Positions 25,159 to 31,838 are shown, numbered from the stretch's first letter. The stretch is 35,131 nt of DNA from an uncultured Methanosarcinales archaeon (GCA_964403775.1 CAYOHL010000002.1:1-35131); one strand, 5' to 3'. Translations and numbers: made by a program. Notes: generated by a model from the sequence alone, not told the origin.

Positions 25159-26117
25159 TTTTGAATATTAATATGCTCTATCTCAAATGTTTCTGAGTGT
25201 TTTCTTTTATGCGGCCTTATAGCATTGTTTAACCTTATAAGCCTTTTTTCAGTCCCCTGTACAGAGCCCTTTAACAGGATGTAGCTGTTCTTTACAAGGC
25301 CATAATGCTTAAATCCTGATTTTGGGTTTATTTCATTTGGCTTGTCTGAAACCTTTATTACCAGTTTATTGTAATCTGTTCTTGTGTGGTATCCTGTTTG
25401 GCCTGATTGCGGGACACGCCAGATTGCTGACTGAATCCATGGGCCAAGGTTTCCGACAGAGCGCTTCTTTTTCTCTGATTTATGTTGTTTTAATGACACC
25501 CCAAACCTCTTTATAACACCTTGCAGGCCCTTTCCTTTTGTAACAGCATGCGCATCAACTAACTGCCCTGGCCTTAATATTTCTGTTAATGTTATTTCCT
25601 TGCCAAGTTTTTCCCTTGCATAGGCAAGCTGCTGCTCTTTTGCTCCTCCAACAGCAATCTCAAAAACCTCTGGCTTTTTCTTTCCTATGCCTGTTAAGCT
25701 AGGCTGTGTATAAACCAAAAGCCTTATCTGATCATAATTTTCAGGCTCTTTTTGCTTGTTTTCTTTTTTTGGCATCAGCATCTTTCTCTTGAGGTTTTTG
25801 TCAAGGTTTTTTGTTAGTATCTGGCTGACTGCCTTTAATCCATAAGCAGTTCTCTTGTAAAACCTTATTGCAGCTGCTTTTAATGGCGGGCACTCTATTA
25901 TTGTTACTGGCCTGAATATTGATTCTCCTGGAGTCATTGAGTGAGGCCTTGTGCTTTTAATTAACAAGTGAGTCATTCCAACCTTATATCCTGCAAATCC
26001 AGTTATTTTGTTATTACTAGAGCTAGCATAATTTCTTATTCTTGGATAAGCTCGTCTAGCCCTTTTTCTAGGCCAGAACTGCATGCTTCCGTGTCTTGGA
26101 CTTCTTGCCTTTCCCAT
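25155..26117 (-). CDS. rpl3: ribosomal protein uL3
   Basis: PRHGSMQFWPRKRA..FAGYKVGMTH..VTKGKGLQGVIKRFG. First gene of the cluster. Confidence 0.95.
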   Translation of the reverse strand: MGKARSPRHGSMQFWPRKRARRAYPRIRNYASSSNNKITGFAGYKVGMTHLLIKSTRPHSMTPGESIFRPVTIIECPPLKAAAIRFYKRTAYGLKAVSQILTKNLDKNLKRKMLMPKKENKQKEPENYDQIRLLVYTQPSLTGIGKKKPEVFEIAVGGAKEQQLAYAREKLGKEITLTEILRPGQLVDAHAVTKGKGLQGVIKRFGVSLKQHKSEKKKRSVGNLGPWIQSAIWRVPQSGQTGYHTRTDYNKLVIKVSDKPNEINPKSGFKHYGLVKNSYILLKGSVQGTEKRLIRLNNAIRPHKRKHSETFEIEHINIQK

Positions 26118-26279
26118 CTTATTATACCCTAATCTGCTAAATAACCTTGAATTGCAGGTTTTAGTGCAAAAATAAGCCTTTTAATAAAGCTTTCCTTTTA
26201 GAACAAGTTTAATTGCTAAACTTTGTACTGAAAAACTTTTTTTCAGGCTTGTTTAGTGCTTTATAGTATTTAAATCCCC

Positions 26280-26326
26280 TATATACCTATTTAAATACTC
26301 TGAATGAATTCCTTTAGAGAAATAAC
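26280..26326. repeat. direct repeat copy 1 (36-nt core 26291-26326 plus 11-nt extension)
   Basis: TATATACCTAT-TTAAATACTCTGAATGAATTCCTTTAGAGAAATAAC. The core matches 27388-27423 at 35 of 36 positions. A TTTAAAT box is embedded on the minus strand. Confidence 0.85.
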
Positions 26327-26364
26327 TAGTGTTTATAAAGTTTTGTTTTTTGAATTTTACCTGT

Positions 26365-26415
26365 GTTAATGATTAACAAATCACTGTTTTATAACTTATT
26401 TTGTTAATTATTAAC
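26365..26415. promoter_or_regulatory. pair of 13-bp palindromes GTTAATGATTAAC / GTTAATTATTAAC (25-nt spacer) at the cassette 3' end
   Basis: Read directly at 26365-26377 and 26403-26415. It mirrors the pair at 27309-27360. Confidence 0.8.
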
Positions 26416-27004
26416 TAAATAGAATTACTCTTTGTTTCTTGAATGCTACATCCCACTGCTTGAAAAAGGATGTAATAACAGCTTCTTTGCCTATTGGGAT
26501 TAAAATGCTTCCTTTGCCGAGTTCTCTTCCCTTTAATTCAGCCAGAACCCCTTCTCCTTTTTTTCTGCCAAATAAAGCATATGAAAATCTAACCTTATCA
26601 GAGGCTTTTTTGTCTCTTAGTTCATACCTCATAATCAAGAAAGAATCAAAATTCAGTATATTGCTTACTGATTTCATGTTCTTAATACTAAACCCTTCAT
26701 GAATTATGTTTCTGTGTGCTCTATTGCTAAACATGTCATCGACAATTAGGGGCTCTATATGCAGATTAAGCTCAAGTTTATCTCCGATTTTTTTAATCTC
26801 ATAATCTATGTCTTCGATAAGCTTATAGTCTTTATCTCTAAATAAACTGATCAAGTCAATATCTTTTGGTTCTTCTTTACTTTTTAATGCTGAGCCAAAG
26901 ATATATACATCAACCAAGTATTTTTCCTTTTTTAACAAGTTCTGTAAGTTTCTCTTTAATTTCTTTATCTGTTGGGATTTCAATATTTGTGTTTTTAAAT
27001 GCAT
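26411..27004 (-). CDS. nucleotidyltransferase (minimal NTase/MNT-like) with unassigned C-terminal domain
   Basis: KYLVDVYIFGSALKSKEEPKDIDLISLF (GS...DxD). The roughly 110-aa C-terminal region is unrecognised. The start is uncertain because it overlaps the upstream ORF. Confidence 0.7.
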   Translation of the reverse strand: MHLKTQILKSQQIKKLKRNLQNLLKKEKYLVDVYIFGSALKSKEEPKDIDLISLFRDKDYKLIEDIDYEIKKIGDKLELNLHIEPLIVDDMFSNRAHRNIIHEGFSIKNMKSVSNILNFDSFLIMRYELRDKKASDKVRFSYALFGRKKGEGVLAELKGRELGKGSILIPIGKEAVITSFFKQWDVAFKKQRVILFS

Positions 27005-27305
27005 CTTTAATCCTCTTTTTAACCAGCTCTAATTCTTCTTTTTTCAATTCCTGAGTATAAGTTCTCCTATAAGCCGAGAATAGCTTATCAGTTATAATAT
27101 ATAATTCAGGAAACCTTAGTTTTAATATCCTGAATCTCTCAGTGTGATCTTTTGGTCTTTCACCAATTTTAGCAATGATAAAATCATCTGCTGCAAATAA
27201 AGCCTTGAAAAAATTAGAAGCAGATTCAGAACACATGCCTAATTTTTCTGCTATACAGGCTATCATATAATAATTTTTTGCTTTAGTTTTTAGATCTTCT
27301 TCCAT
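26910..27305 (-). CDS. HEPN-domain-like protein
   Basis: All-helical. NYYMIACIAEKLGMCSESASNFFKALFAADDFIIAKIGERPKDHTERF...LFSAYRRTYTQ follows a HEPN-like pattern. The ATG at 27305 lies about 25 nt downstream of the minus-strand TTTAAATA (27331-27338). The track start at 27329 is TTG. Confidence 0.55.
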   Translation of the reverse strand: MEEDLKTKAKNYYMIACIAEKLGMCSESASNFFKALFAADDFIIAKIGERPKDHTERFRILKLRFPELYIITDKLFSAYRRTYTQELKKEELELVKKRIKDAFKNTNIEIPTDKEIKEKLTELVKKGKILG

Positions 27306-27308
27306 CCT

Positions 27309-27360
27309 GTTAATAATTAACATAAACAACTATTTAAACCTTTCGTTGTTAACCATTAAC
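27309..27360. promoter_or_regulatory. pair of 13-bp palindromes GTTAATAATTAAC / GTTAACCATTAAC flanking the cassette TATA box
   Basis: Palindromes at 27309-27321 and 27348-27360 with a 26-nt spacer. The spacer contains the minus-strand TTTAAATA at 27331-27338. Confidence 0.8.
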
Positions 27361-27362
27361 AT

Positions 27363-27423
27363 TATATGCCTATCTAATTATTTCACATTAAATACTCTGA
27401 ATAAATTCCTTTAGAGAAATAAC
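27363..27423. repeat. direct repeat copy 2 (36-nt core 27388-27423; extension with a 14-nt indel)
   Basis: TATATGCCTAT-[CTAATTATTTCACA]-TTAAATACTCTGAATAAATTCCTTTAGAGAAATAAC. Confidence 0.85.
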
Positions 27424-27514
27424 GGCTCTGGTGCAACCCTAGAAAGATTTAAGAGGCTCAAGGCCTCTTTTGTTGTATATTATAAACACCTAACAACAAA
27501 AAGAGGTGAGCCCC

Positions 27515-27733
27515 ATGAGAGAATATTATCCAGACTTCTTAAACTTTATTGATGAAGCGCTTAAATTAGCAAAGAAAATTCCAAGATACTTTTCAAAGTA
27601 TAGCAATAGGATTTACTGCAATCATCAAAAGCTTTGCATACTTGTATTAATGCAGAAGCTAAAGACTACAAGCAGAGGAATAGTCTCTTGGTTAAGATCC
27701 AACTCTGAAGCAAGATATGTAAATTCTATTTAA
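27515..27733 (+). mobile_element. truncated transposase N-terminal fragment (IS4/IS5-type DUF772-like pattern)
   Basis: MREYYPDFLNFIDEALKLAKKIPRYFSKYSNRIYCNHQKLCILVLMQKLKTTSRGIVSWLRSNSEAR. It stops after about 72 aa with no DDE domain following. GAGGTGA lies upstream of the ATG at 27515. Confidence 0.45.
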
Positions 27734-27822
27734 AAAGTGAAGATTGTGTTAAAAAAGTGGGAGAAAATTAAGACTTATTTAACAAAGCTTTTTTTTGAAG
27801 AAAAATAAGTAAGATAAGGAGC

Positions 27823-28071
27823 TTAATGCCTAATGATTTCTTGTATTTCAGAGAGAAGTTCTTTATTTAGTTGTATAGCATTCTTGCTTTTCTTAGCATA
27901 AACAACAAAGGACTTTTTAATAAGACTATATATAGCTTTTTTAGCATCTCCATATTGGTGTGGCATAAATCCAGATTTCATTACTCTCTCTAGTCTTATA
28001 TGCTTGGCTCCATACAACCTTCTAGAATGCATTACTTTTAATATTGCAATTTCAAAATTATTTAGGCTCAT
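27823..28071 (-). CDS. small winged-helix-like DNA-binding protein (paralog of 9206..9484)
   Basis: See the alignment with the 9206 product. A minus-strand TATA-like ATTTATATAG (28094-28103) lies 23 nt from the ATG. Confidence 0.65.
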   Translation of the reverse strand: MSLNNFEIAILKVMHSRRLYGAKHIRLERVMKSGFMPHQYGDAKKAIYSLIKKSFVVYAKKSKNAIQLNKELLSEIQEIIRH

Positions 28072-28127
28072 AAAACTATTTTCAAAAGAATAGCTATATA
28101 AATCTGCCTCTTATTTTATGTTTAATA

Positions 28128-28155
28128 TTGGTTATTTTTTAACCAACATTGGTTA
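28128..28155. promoter_or_regulatory. operator-like triple half-site TTGGTTA-N6-TAACCAA-CA-TTGGTTA
   Basis: Overlapping perfect inverted repeats lie between the two divergent TATA boxes (28094-28103 and 28168-28175). Confidence 0.55.
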
Positions 28156-28197
28156 AAAATAGGAAGATTTAAATATAAGTTATAATTTACTATATCC

Positions 28198-28596
28198 ATG
28201 ACAAGTTTAAATGATGAAATGGGAAAATCTGTATTTTTAGAGAGTTTTGGGGACTCTTCAATAAACAGAATTTTGGACTTTTTAATAGTGTTTGATAACT
28301 TTGATTATAGTATGGTAGATATAGCTATAAAAGCAGGAGTTGGTTACTCTACTTTAAAAACATTAATAAAAGAACTATTGAGAAAGGGTTTAATCATTCA
28401 AACTAGGATTAGTGGTAAATCCAAGATGTATAAATTAAATAAAGAGAATCCTCTGGTGAAAAAATTTACAGAATTTTATTGGAACATAACAGATGAGGCT
28501 ATTGGTAAGGAAGTAAAAACACGAAAAGAGCAAAGCTCTTTTGTGCCCCAGAAACCAAAGGTTTCTGTGAAAGAAAAAATAATTGTTTCACATTAA
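28198..28596 (+). CDS. winged-helix transcriptional regulator (paralog of 9598..9930)
   Basis: FGDSSINRILDFLIVFDNFDYSMVDIAIKAGVGYSTLKTLIKELLRKGLIIQTRISGKSKMYKLNKENPLV. TTTAAATA lies 23 nt upstream of the ATG. Confidence 0.7.
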   Translation: MTSLNDEMGKSVFLESFGDSSINRILDFLIVFDNFDYSMVDIAIKAGVGYSTLKTLIKELLRKGLIIQTRISGKSKMYKLNKENPLVKKFTEFYWNITDEAIGKEVKTRKEQSSFVPQKPKVSVKEKIIVSH

Positions 28597-28610
28597 TCCT
28601 TCTATTTTGT

Positions 28611-29045
28611 TTAACTCCTTGCCCATCTTACAAGCAGATAGACAAAGGGCGTATCACAAATAGCGATTATAACTTTGATTATAAAAACCCCAAAAATTGT
28701 AGTTAAAATTGAATTTAATGGCAAGACGCCTAAAAATACAATTGAGATAAATAATATGCTATCAATTAATTGACTTACAATTGTGCTTAGATTATTTCTT
28801 AACCACAGATGTTTGCCTTTAGTCAATTTTTTCCAGAATGAAAAAGAAAAAACATCATGGGTTTGGCTTACTATATAGGATATTGCTCCTGCTATTACAA
28901 TCCTTTCACCTATCTGCCAATATGTTTGGACCCTTGTATTATCTACAGCTTTGTAAGCCTGTGCTTTGGCTTTATCCAACAAAAATTTTGTGTCATTAAG
29001 CACTTGGCTATATCCTCTAGAACTTGTTATGATTTGTTTTTTCAT
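28611..29045 (-). pseudogene. chimeric ORF: DUF1016/YhcG-type N-terminal fragment fused in frame to the C-terminal half of a YhhQ/Vut-family (queuosine-precursor) transporter
   Basis: Residues 1-50, GYSQVLNDTKFLLDKAKAQAYKAVDNTRVQTYWQIGERIV, match the DUF1016 N-terminal pattern. Residues 51-144, ..KGKHLWLRNNLSTIVSQLIDSILFISIVFLG...CDTPFVYLLVRW, match the YhhQ C-terminal pattern. Both partners are incomplete. Confidence 0.65.
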
Positions 29046-29093
29046 AGCAATACTTCTTTATAACTGCTTTATAAAATCTTGTTAGTTTTTTTC

Positions 29094-29114
29094 GGAAGAA
29101 AGAATAAGTTATTC
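29094..29114 (-). terminator. hairpin GAATAA-C-TTATTC followed by a U-rich run, downstream of the primase gene
   Basis: 13-bp perfect palindrome at 29102-29114. The minus-strand RNA continues UUUCUUCC. Confidence 0.3.
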
Positions 29115-29157
29115 GTAAGTTTTTTAGATTCTCTAAAATAATTAATATCTTATAGAA

Positions 29158-30654
29158 CTAATTTTTTCTTGTTTTTCCTTTCTTAACAGATTTTACTTTT
29201 ATTCTGCTGTAGTTGACAGGGTTTTTTATTCTGCTGCAAAGATTGTCTGGCTCGCATATTCCTATATCCTTGTAGTAAGCAGCATTATCGCAGTTTGGGG
29301 GCAGGACTTTCTTTCTGTTCCTTTTGTGGTATTTTAGCTGGCCAAGCAAACTAACCTCTCTTAATGGCTCATAATTTTTTTTGTTCCATTCTGTTAAAAG
29401 TTTTTCTATTTTTTCATAATCCCAGCCAACGCTTGTAAGGAAATTTATCAGTATGAAAGAAAACCTCTTTCTTCCGTCCTTTAACCCTAATAATCCTTTT
29501 TTTATGCATGGCGGAAAAAAATCTTCCTGAAGTGCAAATCCCAATGACACATATTCCTTTTTTTCTGCTTCAGCCCTTTCATCATATATTTTATGGTCAA
29601 AGGCCTGTATTATTAATTTTCCTGCCTCGCCCTTTTTTACATTTTTCCTGTCCAGAAACCTGAATTTAGTAATCCTCAGTGTTTCTGGTTTTGCAGAAGA
29701 TTTCTCAAAACCCAGAATTTTGTCAGGGTCAATTGGGATTGATGCAAGGCCTGATTTCTCATGCAAAGAATAAGCCATCCTATACAAATGCCTTGAAGAA
29801 ATAAGCATGGCGTCAATAAAAAGATTAACTTTTTTTCCAAACTTTTTTCCACCGCATTCCTGACATTTTTTAATTGCAGGGCCTTGAATTTTTTCCATGT
29901 AAACCTTGTCCTTGTCGCAAAGCATATACTTAACAGACTTATCTGCACTTACTGTTTTCCCGCATTTTGGGCATATAAACTCAACCTGTTTTTTGTCTTC
30001 TGGCTTTAATCTTGCACTACATTTAAGGCATATATCCTTTGTGAACTCATCAACATCTTTTCCTGTTCTTTTAAGAAAATCATTAAATTCACTGCTTTTA
30101 ATTATTTTTTTTGATAGCCCAAAGCCCTTTTCCTTGCTGTCAACATAATCTGCAAGATAACTCAAAATTCTTTTTGTTGATTCAGGAAAAAGAAGCCTTG
30201 TTTCATTATTATGCACTTTTTCTGGAAATGCCTCAAACGGAACGCCTATATGAAATCCCTTGTTGCCTGAGAACTTGCAGCTTATAGAGCTTATACCATG
30301 CTCTTTCAATGCCTTTATTATCTCGCTTGCTATAAGCTTTGTTATTTCCCAGACCTCAAAATCAATATCAATAACAAGATCCCAGCCAGTCCTTAAACTA
30401 TCAGCATCTTTTTTGCTCATAAGTGTTGTTAGCTGCAGGGGGTTTCTCCAATGCTCTTCAGAAACATGGAATGATGTAGCTCCCTGCTTTACTTGCTCAA
30501 TAATATCTGTTGGGTATTTCAAGATATCAGGTCTCTTTCCAAAACCCTTATCGCCAAACCTTGCAACTGCCTCTTTATCATGGGCAGCAAGAATTATCTC
30601 ATCCTGAACATCTTTTCTCTTGTAGTGCTTCAGAGCAGTGCTTAAACTTATCAT
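29158..30654 (-). CDS. fused archaeo-eukaryotic DNA primase: PriS catalytic domain, Zn-ribbon insert and PriL C-terminal Fe-S domain
   Basis: AEP motifs WDLVIDIDFE, FSGNKGFHIGVP and SSRHLYRMAYSLHEKSG. CxxC pairs CLKCS..CPKCG and CQECG. PriL-CTD-like FFPPCIKKGL..RKRFSFILINFLTSVGW...LPPNCDNAAYYKDIGICEPDNLCSRIKNPVNY (4 Cys). Confidence 0.85.
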   Translation of the reverse strand: MISLSTALKHYKRKDVQDEIILAAHDKEAVARFGDKGFGKRPDILKYPTDIIEQVKQGATSFHVSEEHWRNPLQLTTLMSKKDADSLRTGWDLVIDIDFEVWEITKLIASEIIKALKEHGISSISCKFSGNKGFHIGVPFEAFPEKVHNNETRLLFPESTKRILSYLADYVDSKEKGFGLSKKIIKSSEFNDFLKRTGKDVDEFTKDICLKCSARLKPEDKKQVEFICPKCGKTVSADKSVKYMLCDKDKVYMEKIQGPAIKKCQECGGKKFGKKVNLFIDAMLISSRHLYRMAYSLHEKSGLASIPIDPDKILGFEKSSAKPETLRITKFRFLDRKNVKKGEAGKLIIQAFDHKIYDERAEAEKKEYVSLGFALQEDFFPPCIKKGLLGLKDGRKRFSFILINFLTSVGWDYEKIEKLLTEWNKKNYEPLREVSLLGQLKYHKRNRKKVLPPNCDNAAYYKDIGICEPDNLCSRIKNPVNYSRIKVKSVKKGKTRKN

Positions 30655-30868
30655 AATTATATATAGAAACTGCTGTATTTAATAGTTTTTGGTTTTATAA
30701 TAGTTAGTTAGAATATAAAAACCACAAGGTTTTTATTCCAATGTAATTAAGGATTTGCGAAGCAAATCTGAAGAAGCAGCTGGGTTTAGCTTCAGACTAA
30801 AAAACAAAAGATTTAAATAGTATTAAATAATTCTATTTAATGTTAAATAAGATGAAGGAGGATGGAAT

Positions 30869-31102
30869 ATGGTATTAAAAACATTTAATGTTGGGGAAGC
30901 TGTATATAGAAAGTTTTCTGATTTTTGCAAAGGAAATGGCATTAGTATGAGTAAGCAAATAGACTTTTTCATGAGGTCTATAGTTGAAGAAGAGCCTGAA
31001 GCAAAGGGAGAATACTTGAAAAAACTTGATAGGATTAGAAAACAAAGGACCATTCATATTGGCAGTTTAGAGAACTTAAAAAAGAGATATGGACTAGAAT
31101 AA
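30869..31102 (+). CDS. ribbon-helix-helix (CopG/RelB-like) antitoxin
   Basis: KTFNVGEAVYRKFSDFCKGNGISMSKQIDFFMRSIVEE. AGGAGGA lies 6 nt upstream. The gene abuts the toxin gene. Confidence 0.7.
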   Translation: MVLKTFNVGEAVYRKFSDFCKGNGISMSKQIDFFMRSIVEEEPEAKGEYLKKLDRIRKQRTIHIGSLENLKKRYGLE

Positions 31103-31103
31103 A

Positions 31104-31364
31104 ATGTATTTACTTGATACAAAACCTGATGTAGATAAAATATTCTCTAAACTTAGTAAAAAAGATCCAAAACAACTGCGGATAATCTTCAGGAAAATTG
31201 AACAGATTGTTGAAAATCCATATCATTTTAAGCCATTAAGGGGAGATATGAAAGGAGCAAGGAGAGTGCATATTGACAAATCTTTTGTTTTAATCTATGA
31301 AATAGACGAAGAGAATAAACTAGTAAGACTTCTGGATTATGATCATCATGATAATATATATTAG
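31104..31364 (+). CDS. RelE/ParE-family toxin
   Basis: IFRKIEQIVENPYHFKPLRGDMKGARRVHIDKSFVLIYEIDEENKLVRLLDYDHHDNIY. Confidence 0.8.
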   Translation: MYLLDTKPDVDKIFSKLSKKDPKQLRIIFRKIEQIVENPYHFKPLRGDMKGARRVHIDKSFVLIYEIDEENKLVRLLDYDHHDNIY

Positions 31365-31507
31365 AATTCAGCCAGTTAAAAGCCCAGTGATTGAATATAA
31401 CAGTTATTAGTTTATTTTCCTTTCTGTAATATCATATTGTAGATTCTATCCCAGCCTTGTTTTGCTTTATGATTGCTGCTTAATAATCCTTTAATTTTGA
31501 TGAAAAA

Positions 31508-31837
31508 TCAAGTCTTTTTTCTGACTTTAAATTTTCCATCCACTTCTATTTCTCCATCTACTTTTCTGATGCACTTTAACATCTTCCAGAAACCAATCAC
31601 TAATAAAACCACAAATAAAGCATACAATATTCTCCCTAACTGTCCAGTTGATATAATTCCAGCCTCATCTAGAGTTTCAATAATATTAGATATACTAAAA
31701 ACTACCATAGCAAAAAGAAGAAAACTCCAACTAACAGCCAACTCTCCATCTGTTCTTTTTCTAACCCCAAAAGCAAACCAGAGAGCCACTAAACCCAAAA
31801 CAAGGGTTATTATCCCAACTATTACCCCTCCCATCAT
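31508..31837 (-). CDS. small 3-TM membrane protein
   Basis: Three hydrophobic helices. The start lies 1 nt after the stop of the upstream surface-protein gene. Confidence 0.6.
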   Translation of the reverse strand: MMGGVIVGIITLVLGLVALWFAFGVRKRTDGELAVSWSFLLFAMVVFSISNIIETLDEAGIISTGQLGRILYALFVVLLVIGFWKMLKCIRKVDGEIEVDGKFKVRKKT

Positions 31838-31838
31838 T

